DNA of 60,571 bases, the filler included, from Candidatus Hydrogenedentota bacterium (GTDB taxonomy: Bacteria > JBFMHD01): assembly GCA_040752395.1 (NCBI GenBank). It is 6 parts of 6 records of this genome, joined end to end, with 100 filler letters (N's around TTAATTAATTAA, not from the genome) between each part and the next. Parts side by side here need not be neighbours in the genome. Positions count along the whole stretch, not along the records: positions 30,935 to 40,801 come from JBFMHD010000096.1; positions 40,902 to 50,716 come from JBFMHD010000098.1; 4 more parts are not named here. One strand, 5' to 3'. This document shows positions 31,136-42,019 of this stretch, piece after piece. Each line of letters begins with the position of its first letter. Positions within the stretch are counted from its first letter, which is position 1. The notes under the pieces were generated by a model that searched no databases, was not told where the DNA came from, and saw only the letters and a list, made by a program, of their open reading frames with translations. The position numbers and the translations under genes are program-made.

Positions 31136-32281
31136 ATGAGTCTTGAACCCTATGGTGGTAAACTGGTTGAACGTTGTGTTAAAAGCGAGGAAGTAAACGA
31201 GTGGAGAGAATGGGGAGCCTCGTTAAAAAATATACAGATCGCTCCAAGAATCGAATCTGATGTATATCTACTTGCAATCGGTGCATTGTCACCGCTTGAA
31301 GGATTTGTCTCTAAAAAAGAGTATGATTCTATAATTAATGAGATGAAACTTTCTAATGGATTACCCTGGGCTATACCAATTACCTGCCAAATAACAAAAG
31401 AGAAACTTGTAGAACTAAAAAAAGAAAAATCTGTTTCTTTGGTTAATACTGAGAATAAAATTATTGCTACTCTGGATGTTAATGAAATTTTTGAGTTGGA
31501 TAAGAAAAGAGAAGCAGAGAAAGTTTTTAGAACAATTGATACAGCGCATCCGGGTGTTTTTAAATTATTTGAACTCGGTGAGTTTTCTGTAGCAGGTAAG
31601 ATAAAGTATGATTTAACTACCTTTATACCGGAGTTCACTGAATATACCAATACCCCGAGGCAATTAAGAAAAAAATTCAAAGAATCAGGCTGGAGAACTA
31701 TCGTGGCTTTTCAAACAAGAAACCCGGTACACAGAGCACATGAGTATTTACAGAAATGTGCGCTTGAGATAGTTGATGGACTGCTTTTACACCCGATAGT
31801 AGGTGAGATAAAAAAGGATGATATACCTGCAAATATACGAATGGAGTGTTATAAAACTTTGCTTAATAATTACTATCCTGCAAATAGGGTTTGTTTATCG
31901 GTTCTACCTATGGCTATGCGTTATGCAGGACCTTCAGAAGCTATACATCATTCAATTATAAGACGAAATTATGGATGTACGCATATTATAATAGGTCGAG
32001 ATCATGCAGGTGTTGGGAATTACTATGACCCATACGATGCACAGAAGATTTTCGATTATGTTGATAAAGAAAAACTTGGTATTATTCCTTTGTTTTTTGA
32101 GAACTCGTTCTACTGTAAGAAGTGTAAGCAGATGGCTACTTCTAAAACCTGTCCACATAGTGAAAAGGAGCAGGTTTTCTTATCAGGTACTAAATTAAGG
32201 GAACTTTTAAAAGAAGGCGTGCTGCCGCCAGAGGAGTTCTCAAGAAAGGAAGTAGCTCAAATATTAATGAGATCACTTTAG
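31136..32281 (+). CDS. sat: Sulfate adenylyltransferase
   Basis: FQTRNPVHRAHE, MRYAGP, GRDHAGVG; start ATG 31136. Confidence 0.97.
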   Translation: MSLEPYGGKLVERCVKSEEVNEWREWGASLKNIQIAPRIESDVYLLAIGALSPLEGFVSKKEYDSIINEMKLSNGLPWAIPITCQITKEKLVELKKEKSVSLVNTENKIIATLDVNEIFELDKKREAEKVFRTIDTAHPGVFKLFELGEFSVAGKIKYDLTTFIPEFTEYTNTPRQLRKKFKESGWRTIVAFQTRNPVHRAHEYLQKCALEIVDGLLLHPIVGEIKKDDIPANIRMECYKTLLNNYYPANRVCLSVLPMAMRYAGPSEAIHHSIIRRNYGCTHIIIGRDHAGVGNYYDPYDAQKIFDYVDKEKLGIIPLFFENSFYCKKCKQMATSKTCPHSEKEQVFLSGTKLRELLKEGVLPPEEFSRKEVAQILMRSL

Positions 32282-32383
32282 GGAGTCAAAGAGTCGAGAG
32301 TCAGGAGTCAGACTTCTTGCTTCTTGCCTCTTGCCTCTTGCTTCTACTTGATATTATTAGAGTTACAATGTTTTTCAGAGGAG
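32282..32383 (+). repeat. Mosaic intergenic repeat (GAGTC array-F-T)
   Basis: Near-identical to 44345-44430. Confidence 0.93.
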
Positions 32384-32387
32384 ATCA

Positions 32388-33770
32388 ATGGTAAAGGTTG
32401 CTGTTATTGGAATAGATAGCGCTGTCTGGGATTTTGTTTTTAATAAATATAAAGTTTATTTACCCAATTTACAAAAACTTATGAATAATGGTGTTTATGG
32501 GATAATGGAAAGTACAATCCCGGCTGTTACTGTTCCTGCATGGTCATCTATGATGTCGGGTAAGGACCCCGGACAACTTGGTGTTTATGGTTTCAGAAAC
32601 AGGAAAGATTATTCTTATACTGAATTAATTATCTCAGATTCTTTATCAATAAAAGAACCGAGAATCTGGGACATTCTTTCAAGAAATAGAAAACAATCCA
32701 TAGTATTTACAGTGCCACAGACATATCCCCCAAAGCCATTACGTGGTCAGCTGGTAGGTTGTTTTCTCACACCTGATAATAATGCTAATTACACATATCC
32801 TGAAAGTTTAAAAGAAGAGATAGAGAGAACCACCTCTGGTTTTATAATTGATGTGCGGGAATTCAGAACAGAAGACAAAGAAAGATTACTAAAAGAGATT
32901 TACGAGATGACTGATAAACAATTCTTTGCAGTAAAATATCTTTTAACAAAATACGAATGGGATTTTTTTATGATGGTACAGATGGGGATTGATAGAATCC
33001 AGCACGGGTTCTGGAGATTCTGCGATGAGAAACACAGGCTTTATGAAAAAGGGAATAAATATGAATTTGTTTTAAGAGATTATTATATTTATATTGACAG
33101 GAAAATAGGGGAGTTAATCGAGAAGTTCGATAATGACACTGTTATTTTTGTGGTTTCAGACCATGGGTCGCAGAATATGTATGGCGGGGTTTGCATTAAT
33201 GAGGTATTAATAGAGGAAGGATTATTAAAACTCAAGGAGTATCCAGCAAAAATAACACAGCTTAAACCTGAGATGATAGATTGGGAGAGAACCTACTGCT
33301 TTGGTGAGGGCGGTTATTTTGCCAGACTTTTTCTGAATGTCAAAGATAGAGAAGAGAGAGGTATCGTTCATTATAACGAAATAGAATTATTTATAAAAAG
33401 GGTTGAAGCAGCGTTAAACAATGTTAAAGATAAGGATAACAATAAAATTAAGATAACTATATACAGGCCACAGGAGATTTATAAAGAATGCAAAAACATC
33501 CCGCCAGATGCTATTATCTATTTTGGAGATTTGTCATACAGGTCAGTGGGTTCGGTTGGGTACAAATCATTTATCACCTATGAGAACGATACAGGTCCCG
33601 ATGATTCAAACCACCACCCGGATGCTTTATTCATTCTCTCAAATTGTAAACAACTAAATAAAAACGGCAAACTTCTGCATAAAATCTCAATCTACGATAT
33701 AGCACCTACTATTTTAACATTATTTAATGTATCTTTACCACCAGGTATGATAGGTAAATCATTAATATAA
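32388..33770 (+). CDS. Alkaline phosphatase-superfamily / type I phosphodiesterase protein
   Basis: IGIDS, STIPAVTVPAW, DRIQH, SDHG, DIAPT. Confidence 0.9.
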   Translation: MVKVAVIGIDSAVWDFVFNKYKVYLPNLQKLMNNGVYGIMESTIPAVTVPAWSSMMSGKDPGQLGVYGFRNRKDYSYTELIISDSLSIKEPRIWDILSRNRKQSIVFTVPQTYPPKPLRGQLVGCFLTPDNNANYTYPESLKEEIERTTSGFIIDVREFRTEDKERLLKEIYEMTDKQFFAVKYLLTKYEWDFFMMVQMGIDRIQHGFWRFCDEKHRLYEKGNKYEFVLRDYYIYIDRKIGELIEKFDNDTVIFVVSDHGSQNMYGGVCINEVLIEEGLLKLKEYPAKITQLKPEMIDWERTYCFGEGGYFARLFLNVKDREERGIVHYNEIELFIKRVEAALNNVKDKDNNKIKITIYRPQEIYKECKNIPPDAIIYFGDLSYRSVGSVGYKSFITYENDTGPDDSNHHPDALFILSNCKQLNKNGKLLHKISIYDIAPTILTLFNVSLPPGMIGKSLI

Positions 33771-33776
33771 AAATAC

Positions 33777-36053
33777 TTATTTAATAAGTTGCGGCTGGAT
33801 GAGATTAATTTTCACTCTATCTTTTCTGTAACCGAAGATTACAAGACCAAGTTGAACATTGCTTGTTAATGAAGAATGTGGTATATCACAGCTTATATTA
33901 AAATTATTAAAACCTGTATCAACAACTTCTCTTTTATATATCAGATATGTTTCATTATCAACAATATGCAGAATAAAAATATTTAGTGGCTCGGTTAATA
34001 CATCAAATTCAAGCCCCAGCTTAAACAAGAATTTATAATTATTACCAGCTGGTATCCTCCAGACAACCCTTACAGGAAATGGCAGTAGAATAGAGTAATT
34101 ATCACTATTTTCCTCTCTGATCCGTATAATATTTTCTTTATATAAAGAGACGATATATTCGGGCTGATTAAATAAGAAATAAGGGAGTTTGTTTTTATTT
34201 ATATTATCATAGACAAATGTAAAATGTGATTCCCATCTATTGCGTTTTTTCATCTCTTTTCTATTTTTTAATTTTTTTCTGATTTTGTTTCTGGTCATTC
34301 TAAATTTGTCTATGAACCAGCCCCTGAACCTACCCCACAGATTTTTACCAAGAAGATAATCTTCGATTACAAGATAATCTATATTAGTAGAGAGGAAAGT
34401 TCTTATAGCATCATCCGGGGTTTCTACAATGGGCTCGCCTGCTATATTAAATGAGGTATTCAGTATTACAGGCGTCCCTGTGATCTCGCCAAACTTTTTT
34501 ACCATCCTGTAATAACTATCATTCTCTTCTTCAGTAATGGTTTGAACCCTTGCGGTATTATCAATGTGTGTTATAGCTGGGACCTCTTTTATCTTATTTG
34601 GGAGAACAGGAGCGACAATGAGCATATAGGGGCTTTCCAAATCAAGATCAAAGTATTTTTTAGTATTTTCTAAAGGCACAGAGGGAGCAAAAGGTCTGAA
34701 GCTTTCTCTGTGTTTAACTCGTTTATTAAGTATATCCTTGGTTTTTTCACCACGGGAATCAGTAATGATTGAGCGGTGACCGAGGCTACGTGGCCCGAAT
34801 TCGCTGCCTCCTTGAAACCATCCCAATATATAACCCTTTGACAATAATCTTGCTGATTCTTCTTCTACATTGCCTTTTTTAAGTATCGTAACACCATTAC
34901 GAGACCGAACAGATTGAGATATCTCATCTTTTGTATAGGGTCTTCCTAAAAAGGCATTTTTCATTCTCCATTTTGACGGTTGATTTAAAATAACGCGCCA
35001 CCCATATAACGCGTTCCCGAGACAACAACCATCGTCAGTTGCAGCTGGCTGTATAAACAGATTTTTTATCGGTGTTTTATCAATGATAAGTTTGTTTGTT
35101 ACGCTATTTAAAGCAACGCCGCCACCAAGACATAAATTCGGTTCACCTGTTTGATTATACAGCCACTCCACGCAATGGATGAGTATCTCTTGAAGAATTT
35201 CTTGCACAGCATAAGCCATATTTAAGTCATCTTTCCGATATGTCGTACCAATGGCTTTAGGTCGTCCGAATAATATTTCAAAAAGGCGCTCATAACTGCT
35301 CTCAACAAAATATTCTTTAAAAAATCTTAAAGCCGGTTTGATTTTATAGATGCTATCCCGGTCATTTAGAAAGTATTGTGTCTTAAACAATTCAAGTAAA
35401 CCCGAGGCTCTTCCATAAGGCGCAATGCCCATTGTTTTGCCTTCCTCAGTATTCCGAAAACCTATATACCTTGTTATGGAAGTATAGAGCGCACCAAGTG
35501 ATATAGTGTAATCAAAATCAGAGGTGCTGTACGGTTCTGAGAGTTTCTTTAATAACGTTATTTTATTATCTACTCCATAATAAAAACTTGTTGCTTCTAT
35601 TCTTAAACTCTCTTCTTCATCAACGATACTTCCCCAACCATCAACAACGAGGATAGCAGAATGCTCAAAACCAGAAGCAAAATAAGCGCTTGCAGAGTGA
35701 CTTAAATGATGGGTTATTATATGAATTTTATTTTTATCTTTAATCTTAAGCTGGGAATGTATATCTTCTACGGTTAATTGTCTTTGAATATTTTTTCGGG
35801 TATCATCCACCCAGATGGTAGAGCATACGATACAATCTATATCATTGATATTTATTCCAGCATAATCAAGACAATAGTTAAGTGATAATGGGGCGATGGA
35901 CCTCCAGAAAAATCCATCCCTATCTTTGGGCATATGATATTTTTTTATTCGGTTAAGCCGTTCCTCATTAATCGCAACTAATGGGATACCGTCTTTTATA
36001 ATGCAGGCTGATGGGTCGTGTGATAGATTTAACCCGAGAACATAAACTGACAT
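33777..36053 (-). CDS. NodU/CmcH-family O-carbamoyltransferase with C-terminal extension
   Basis: HDPSA, EERLNRIK, HHLSH, EGKTMG, GGVALN, EFGPRSLG, RPFAP, NTSFN. Confidence 0.94.
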   Translation of the reverse strand: MSVYVLGLNLSHDPSACIIKDGIPLVAINEERLNRIKKYHMPKDRDGFFWRSIAPLSLNYCLDYAGININDIDCIVCSTIWVDDTRKNIQRQLTVEDIHSQLKIKDKNKIHIITHHLSHSASAYFASGFEHSAILVVDGWGSIVDEEESLRIEATSFYYGVDNKITLLKKLSEPYSTSDFDYTISLGALYTSITRYIGFRNTEEGKTMGIAPYGRASGLLELFKTQYFLNDRDSIYKIKPALRFFKEYFVESSYERLFEILFGRPKAIGTTYRKDDLNMAYAVQEILQEILIHCVEWLYNQTGEPNLCLGGGVALNSVTNKLIIDKTPIKNLFIQPAATDDGCCLGNALYGWRVILNQPSKWRMKNAFLGRPYTKDEISQSVRSRNGVTILKKGNVEEESARLLSKGYILGWFQGGSEFGPRSLGHRSIITDSRGEKTKDILNKRVKHRESFRPFAPSVPLENTKKYFDLDLESPYMLIVAPVLPNKIKEVPAITHIDNTARVQTITEEENDSYYRMVKKFGEITGTPVILNTSFNIAGEPIVETPDDAIRTFLSTNIDYLVIEDYLLGKNLWGRFRGWFIDKFRMTRNKIRKKLKNRKEMKKRNRWESHFTFVYDNINKNKLPYFLFNQPEYIVSLYKENIIRIREENSDNYSILLPFPVRVVWRIPAGNNYKFLFKLGLEFDVLTEPLNIFILHIVDNETYLIYKREVVDTGFNNFNISCDIPHSSLTSNVQLGLVIFGYRKDRVKINLIQPQLIK

Positions 36054-36061
36054 AAATACCT

Positions 36062-36100
36062 CGTCTTTTCTTCTTTGTGCCTGATGACTGTCGAAACTCT
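36062..36100 (-). repeat. Module H leader repeat
   Basis: AGAGTTTCGACAGTCATCAGGCACAAAGAAGAAAA; copy at 37971-38017. Confidence 0.85.
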
Positions 36101-36219
36101 AAATCTCATATTTTTCTATCAAAAGGTCAAGAATTACCTTGACGTTTTTTATTAAATTTTTAAATTTAATATATGTAGAAAGGCAAACGTTTTTTCTTTT
36201 TATATGGGAAGAAATAACT

Positions 36220-36879
36220 ATGAAGAAAAGATATGATATAGACAAAATCTTAAAAGGGATTGAAGAACTAAAAGAGAGCCAGAAGAAAACAGATGAGCAG
36301 TTAAAGAAAACAGATGAGCAGTTAAAGAAAACGGATGAGCAGTTAAATAGGACAGATGCAGAAATAGATAGAGTTATTAAGGAGGCAGAAGAGCGGTCAA
36401 AGAGGATAGACGCAGAGATAGAGAAAGTTAACAAGATGGTAGGTAATTTAACAGATGGCTGGGGTAAATTCGTAGAAGGGCTTGTTGAACCCGCTGTCTG
36501 GGTGCTATTTAAGAGATTAGGTTATAAGATAACAAGGACATTGCAGAGAGTGAGTTCAAATGTGAATGGTAGGAATTTAGAGATAGATATTCTTGCGATA
36601 GGTAAAAACAAAGAAGGCGAAGATATAATTTTAGTGACAGAGGTAAAAAGCAATTTAACAATAGAGGAAGTAAAAAAAATCGAGGGGGTGCTAAGAGAGT
36701 TCATAGAATTTTTTCCAGAATATAGAGGTAAAAAGGTGATAGGTGTTGCAAGTGGGATAAGATTTGAGAAAGGTGCGGGGGGATATGCAGAGGGCCGGGG
36801 ATTATATGTATTGGCGCCATCAGGTGAGAATATGAAGATATTGAATAGTTCTGATTTTAAGCCAAGGATATGGGGCTAA
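36220..36879 (+). CDS. Coiled-coil + PD-(D/E)XK nuclease-like protein (DUF3782-like)
   Basis: KKTDEQL repeats; WGKFVE; EIDIL...EVKS. Confidence 0.8.
   Translation: MKKRYDIDKILKGIEELKESQKKTDEQLKKTDEQLKKTDEQLNRTDAEIDRVIKEAEERSKRIDAEIEKVNKMVGNLTDGWGKFVEGLVEPAVWVLFKRLGYKITRTLQRVSSNVNGRNLEIDILAIGKNKEGEDIILVTEVKSNLTIEEVKKIEGVLREFIEFFPEYRGKKVIGVASGIRFEKGAGGYAEGRGLYVLAPSGENMKILNSSDFKPRIWG
36283..36345 (+). repeat. In-frame 21-bp tandem repeat x3
   Basis: AAGAAAACRGATGAGCAGTTA x3. Confidence 0.95.
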
Positions 36880-36910
36880 ATTACGCATTTCGTATTTTGA
36901 ATTTTTTAAA

Positions 36911-37014
36911 GGATGTTGGCTTCAGTCTCCGGGCTTTTGGCTCCAGCCGGCTGTAGTCCGTAGCCTGTAGCCTGTACCCCGAATTATTAGAGTTACAGCG
37001 TTTTTCGAAGGAGG
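36911..37014 (+). repeat. Mosaic intergenic repeat, modules C-T, ending in SD of fba
   Basis: Matches 12735-12820. Confidence 0.95.
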
Positions 37015-37021
37015 ATAATTT

Positions 37022-37948
37022 ATGCCACTTGTATCATCTAAAGAATTATTTAAAAAGGCTTATAAAGAGGGTTATGCTATTGGTGCGTTTAATGTAAATA
37101 ATATGGAGATACTCCAGGGTATCATGGATGGCTGTTCTGAGGAAAAGGCGCCGGTTATATTGCAGTTTTCAGCTGGCGCAAGAAAATATGCTCGGCATGA
37201 ATATTTATGGCATCTTGTAGCAGCTGCGCTTGAAACAGCTAATATACCTGTAGTATTACACCTTGATCATGGTGAAGATTTCGAGGTAGCTAAATCCTGT
37301 GTAGATGGCGGATTTACATCGGTTATGATTGATGGCTCGAAACATCCGCTTGAAGAAAACATAAGATTAACAAAAAAGGTTGTGGATTATGCCCATTCCA
37401 AAGGTGTTGTTGTAGAAGCAGAGCTCGGTCGGCTTGCTGGTGTTGAGGATGCCATCTCAGTAAAGGAGAAGGATGCTATTTTTACTAATCCAGATGAAGC
37501 AAAACGGTTTGTTGAAGAGACAGGTTGCGATTCGTTAGCGGTTGCGATAGGTACAAGTCACGGCGCTTATAAATTCAAAGGCGAGCCAAAACTTGATTTT
37601 GAAAGACTGCAAAAGATTCAGGACAAATTACCCGGGTTTCCACTTGTGCTTCACGGCGCCTCGAGTGTGCTTGATTATCTTGTTGAGCAGTGTAATAAAT
37701 ATGGTGGCAAACTACCGGGGACCAGGGGTGTACCTGAGGAGATGATATCACAGGCAGCTAAAATGGCTGTATGCAAAGTTAATATTGATACGGATTTAAG
37801 AATCGCAATGACAGCCTCGATTAGAAAAGTATTTGCTGAAAGCCCATCCGAGTTTGATCCGAGAAAATATCTTGGGCCTGCTCGTGATGCTATAAAAGAG
37901 GTTGTGAAACATAAATTGCACATACTTGGTTGCGCGGGTAAAGTATAA
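37022..37948 (+). CDS. fba: Class II fructose-1,6-bisphosphate aldolase
   Basis: [34 protein letters not shown]. Confidence 0.97.
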   Translation: MPLVSSKELFKKAYKEGYAIGAFNVNNMEILQGIMDGCSEEKAPVILQFSAGARKYARHEYLWHLVAAALETANIPVVLHLDHGEDFEVAKSCVDGGFTSVMIDGSKHPLEENIRLTKKVVDYAHSKGVVVEAELGRLAGVEDAISVKEKDAIFTNPDEAKRFVEETGCDSLAVAIGTSHGAYKFKGEPKLDFERLQKIQDKLPGFPLVLHGASSVLDYLVEQCNKYGGKLPGTRGVPEEMISQAAKMAVCKVNIDTDLRIAMTASIRKVFAESPSEFDPRKYLGPARDAIKEVVKHKLHILGCAGKV

Positions 37949-37970
37949 CCCGAGTCCAAAGTTTGTCAAC

Positions 37971-38017
37971 AGAGTTTCGGCAGTCATCAGGCACAGAGGC
38001 ACAAAGAAGAAAAAACG
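37971..38017 (+). repeat. Module H leader repeat
   Basis: Copy of 36062-36100 with one extra GGCACAGA unit. Confidence 0.85.
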
Positions 38018-38028
38018 TGGAAGTATAT

Positions 38029-39276
38029 ATGGGTTTATTATCAACTTTTGATCCGGAAATTTTTCAAGCGATTAAAAATGAAGAATATCGTCAGATGATG
38101 CATCTTGAAATGATAGCTTCTGAAAATTTTGTTAGCCCGGCTGTATTAGAAGCGCAAGCCTGTGTAATGACAAATAAATATGCTGAAGGGTATCCGGGTA
38201 AAAGATATTATGCTGGTTGTGAGTTTGTTGATGTTGCTGAACAGCTCGCTATTGATAGAACAAAATCTATTTTTAAATGTGAACATGCAAACGTCCAGCC
38301 ACATTCAGGTTCACAGGCTAATATGGCTGTATATATGTGTTTACTTAATCCGGGGGATACGATTCTCGGAATGAGTCTATCACACGGCGGTCATCTTACA
38401 CATGGTAGCCCTGTAAATTTTAGCGGGAAATTATATAAAGTGGTATCCTATGGCGTTGACCCGGAAACAGAAGTTCTAAATTATGATGAGATTCTAAAAA
38501 TAGCTGAACAAACCAGACCAAAACTTATTATGTGTGGTGCGAGCGCTTATCCACGTATTATACGTTTTGACAGATTCAAAGAAATAGCTGATAAAGTTGG
38601 CGCATTTCTTGTCGCTGACATCGCTCATATAGCAGGCCTTATTGCAACTGATTTACATCCATCACCAGAACCCTACTGCGATTTTGTAACAACTACAACT
38701 CATAAAACTTTACGCGGACCACGCGGCGGGATTGTAATGTGTAAAGAAAAATTCGCTAAAGATTTAGATAAAACTGTATTCCCCGGTGAACAGGGCGGAC
38801 CTTTTATGCATACTATCGCTGCCAAGGCTGTATGTTTAAAAGAAGTTATGTCAGAGTCGTTTAAAATTTATTCCCAGCAGATTATTAAAAATGCTAAAAG
38901 ATTGGCTGATGTCTTAATTTCAAAGGGTTTTAGACTTATAAGTAACGGCACTGATAATCATCTTATGCTTGTTGATTTAACTGATAAGAATATTACAGGT
39001 AAAGATGCAGAAAAAACTCTTGAAAAAATCGGGATAACTGTTAATAAAAATACAGTCCCCAGAGAAACACGCTCACCTTTTGTGGCGAGCGGTATAAGAA
39101 TCGGAACACCTGCGATTACTACCAGAGGGATGAAAGAAAAAGAAATGGAAAAGATTGGCGAATGGATAGCTTATGTATTATCTGATATAACTAATGATAA
39201 AAGAATTGGTTCTATAAAAGAAGAGGTATTAAAGCTTTGTAAAAACTACCCACTTTTCAAAGAAGAGTGGAATTAA
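38029..39276 (+). CDS. glyA: Serine hydroxymethyltransferase
   Basis: [33 protein letters not shown]. Confidence 0.98.
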   Translation: MGLLSTFDPEIFQAIKNEEYRQMMHLEMIASENFVSPAVLEAQACVMTNKYAEGYPGKRYYAGCEFVDVAEQLAIDRTKSIFKCEHANVQPHSGSQANMAVYMCLLNPGDTILGMSLSHGGHLTHGSPVNFSGKLYKVVSYGVDPETEVLNYDEILKIAEQTRPKLIMCGASAYPRIIRFDRFKEIADKVGAFLVADIAHIAGLIATDLHPSPEPYCDFVTTTTHKTLRGPRGGIVMCKEKFAKDLDKTVFPGEQGGPFMHTIAAKAVCLKEVMSESFKIYSQQIIKNAKRLADVLISKGFRLISNGTDNHLMLVDLTDKNITGKDAEKTLEKIGITVNKNTVPRETRSPFVASGIRIGTPAITTRGMKEKEMEKIGEWIAYVLSDITNDKRIGSIKEEVLKLCKNYPLFKEEWN

Positions 39277-39290
39277 GAGGAGGTTAAACA

Positions 39291-40679
39291 ATGTTTGATC
39301 TAATTATTAATAATGGCAAGGTTGTTACAGCTAAAGACTCATTTAAAGCAGATGTAGGGATTAAGAATGGGAAGATACTTGCAATAGGTGAGCGGCTTAA
39401 AGGTAATAGTAGAACCGAGATAATCGATGCCAAGGGTAAACTTGTAATGCCTGGTGCTATTGATGTCCATGTCCATCTACAACTGCCTTTTTGTGGAACC
39501 GTTAGTGCAGATGATTTTGAGAACGGAACCAAAGCAGCTGCGTGCGGCGGAGTAACCACTGTAATTGATTATGCTATCCAGACAAAAGGCTCAACAATTA
39601 CTGAAGCTATTAAAGCAAGAAAGAAAGAAGCTGAGACTAAAGTTTGTGTGGACTATTCGCTACATGGCGGTATAACTGACTGGAATGATAGAACACAGAA
39701 AGAGGTTGGCGAGATAATTAAGAAAGAGGGTATCCCGAGTTTTAAGATGTTTATGATTTATAAAACCCAGGGCTGGATGGCTGATGACGGCGCTTTATAT
39801 CAGGCGCTTGAAACCACAGCACCGCTTGGCGGTATGATTATGGTGCATGCTGAAAGCGTGTTTGTGCTTGATATGCTTGTGGCACGGTATCATGAAATAA
39901 AGAATAAGGTCAGCGCTTATGGACATGTTTTATCAAGACCGAATTTTACAGAATACGAAGCAGTACAACGGGCTGTTTTATGGGCAGAGGTAACAGGTGG
40001 TAAACTTTATGTTGTTCATATCTCAACAGGTGAAGCTTGTGATATACTAAAAAGGAGTCAGGAGAAAGGTGCACGAGTCTATGGCGAGACCTGCCCGCAA
40101 TACCTTTTACTTGATGACTCGGTATTTAAGGGTAAGGATGGCCATCTTTATGCAACCTGCCCACAGATAAAAAAGAAAAAAGATTCGCTAAGATTATGGA
40201 AAGCTTTATATGATGGTGAGTTAGCCATCGTATCCACAGATACCTGCACATTTGATAAAAAACAGAAAGCGATGTGGAAGGGTGATTTTACTAAAATACC
40301 GTTCGGGATGCCAGGCGTAGAAACAATGTTGCCACTTACTTTTCATTTCGGAAAAAAGAAAGGGTTTAGTATTAATAAAATAGTTGAGATATGTTGTACT
40401 AACCCTGCAAAACTTCATGGATTGTATCCTGAAAAAGGAACACTTGCTATTGGTAGCGATGCTGATATCGTTGTTTATGACCCAAATATTAAAGTAAAAA
40501 TTGATTACCATAAACTTCAAACAAACTGTGATTGGAGCCCGTATCAGGGATGGCAGATTCAAGGCTGGCCCACCGTGACCTTATCGCGCGGTAAAATAGT
40601 TGCCATGAATGCTAAGTTCGTTGGTGAGAAAGGCTGGGGTAGATTCGTTAAAAGAAAACCATTTGGTGAAATAAGATAA
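39291..40679 (+). CDS. hydA: Dihydropyrimidinase / hydantoinase
   Basis: PGAIDVHVH, SFKMFM, HAE, ETCPQYL, DFTKIPFGMPGVE. Confidence 0.92.
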   Translation: MFDLIINNGKVVTAKDSFKADVGIKNGKILAIGERLKGNSRTEIIDAKGKLVMPGAIDVHVHLQLPFCGTVSADDFENGTKAAACGGVTTVIDYAIQTKGSTITEAIKARKKEAETKVCVDYSLHGGITDWNDRTQKEVGEIIKKEGIPSFKMFMIYKTQGWMADDGALYQALETTAPLGGMIMVHAESVFVLDMLVARYHEIKNKVSAYGHVLSRPNFTEYEAVQRAVLWAEVTGGKLYVVHISTGEACDILKRSQEKGARVYGETCPQYLLLDDSVFKGKDGHLYATCPQIKKKKDSLRLWKALYDGELAIVSTDTCTFDKKQKAMWKGDFTKIPFGMPGVETMLPLTFHFGKKKGFSINKIVEICCTNPAKLHGLYPEKGTLAIGSDADIVVYDPNIKVKIDYHKLQTNCDWSPYQGWQIQGWPTVTLSRGKIVAMNAKFVGEKGWGRFVKRKPFGEIR

Positions 40680-40690
40680 GATTTCTTCGA

Positions 40691-40801
40691 AAGATTGAAA
40701 GATTGAAAGATACGGCAAGGAAGTGTATATTTTCGCTTTCTTTACTTTTAACTTTTGACTTTTTACTTTTAACTTGTCATAGGAGTTAGAAGTTAGGAGT
40801 T
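40691..40801 (+). repeat. Mosaic intergenic repeat, modules G-A (contig end)
   Basis: Near-identical to 17499-17608. Confidence 0.95.
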
Positions 40802-40901
40802 NNNNNNNNNNNNNNNNNNNNNNNNNNNNNNNNNNNNNNNNNNNNTTAATTAATTAANNNNNNNNNNNNNNNNNNNNNNNNNNNNNNNNNNNNNNNNNNN
40901 N
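40802..40901. other. Artificial contig linker
   Basis: N-run containing TTAATTAATTAA. Confidence 0.99.
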
Positions 40902-40950
40902 TCCTTTCTGTCTCCTGTCTTCTAATTTTGAATTTTGAATTTTGAATCTT
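40902..40950 (+). repeat. Repeat fragments (CTGTCTY and TTTTGAA arrays) at contig start
   Basis: (AATTTTG)3; CTGTCTCCTGTCTTCT is the reverse complement of module M. Confidence 0.7.
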
Positions 40951-41115
40951 TTAATCTCATATTTAGCCAAAATTTTCAAGTAAAATTTAAGTTCATTTTT
41001 TAATAAAAAAAAATCAAAAAAATACTTGCATTATTTTTAAAGTTTACATAATATTTTGACGATAGGGAATATAGATGTAATTTTTACAGTAATATTCACA
41101 GGGAGGGTCGTAGCA

Positions 41116-41553
41116 ATGTATATTCCCACTAATCAATATTTTGCAATCGCTCAACGGTCTTTAGACGCTTGTGCCTTAAGACATAAGGTTTTAGCGAACA
41201 ACATAGCAAATATAGACACCCCGAATTTCAAACGAAGTGGCGTAACTTTTGAATCACATCTTGCCATCGCTTTACAACCAAAAAAGCCAGGCAAATTAGA
41301 TGCACGTAAAACTAATCCTCTGCACTTTGATTTTGAAGATAGAAAAAAAATAATCCCCATAGATGTCAAACCCTATATAGTTAGAGAAATGGAGACCGAT
41401 TACCGCAATGATAATAACAATGTTGATCCTGATTTTGAAGCAACTGAACTTGCTAAAAATACTATGCAGTATACGACAATCGCGCAGATTCTAAGAAATA
41501 AGTTTAGAGAAATCTCAGATGTAATTAACAGAGCAGGTGGAGGTGCTAGATAA
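41116..41553 (+). CDS. flgB: Flagellar basal-body rod protein FlgB
   Basis: RHKVLANNIANIDTPNFKR, RNDNNNVD. Confidence 0.96.
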   Translation: MYIPTNQYFAIAQRSLDACALRHKVLANNIANIDTPNFKRSGVTFESHLAIALQPKKPGKLDARKTNPLHFDFEDRKKIIPIDVKPYIVREMETDYRNDNNNVDPDFEATELAKNTMQYTTIAQILRNKFREISDVINRAGGGAR

Positions 41554-42014
41554 TGTCAATATATAATTCGTATCAGATAAGCGGCTCCGGGCTTACTGCT
41601 CAAAGAACAAGACTCGATGTAATAGCTAATAACATCGCTAATGCTGAGACCAGCCGCGGGCTTGATGGTAAACCATATATAAGAAAAAGAGTGATATTCC
41701 AGCCCATCGGTGAGGAGATACAATTCAGATGGTTCTTGCCCCCCGGTGACCCGAGATACAGACTTGGTATTAAAAATTCCGGTGAAGGCGTGAGGATTCT
41801 CGGAATAGAAGATGACAGAATCACACCATTTAGAAAGATTTATGACCCAACTCACCCGGACGCGGATAAAGATGGTTATGTCTTAATGCCCAATATAAAT
41901 ATAATTGAAGAGATGGTTAATATGATAGATGCCACAAGGGCTTATGAAGCCAATGCCCAGGCATTAAGAGCAGCAAAAACAATGGACCAGCGAGCACTGG
42001 ATATTGGTAGATAA
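41553..42014 (+). CDS. flgC: Flagellar basal-body rod protein FlgC
   Basis: SGLTAQRTRLDVIANNIAN, YDPTHPDA, RAYEAN. Confidence 0.97.
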   Translation: MSIYNSYQISGSGLTAQRTRLDVIANNIANAETSRGLDGKPYIRKRVIFQPIGEEIQFRWFLPPGDPRYRLGIKNSGEGVRILGIEDDRITPFRKIYDPTHPDADKDGYVLMPNINIIEEMVNMIDATRAYEANAQALRAAKTMDQRALDIGR

Positions 42015-42019
42015 TATAA

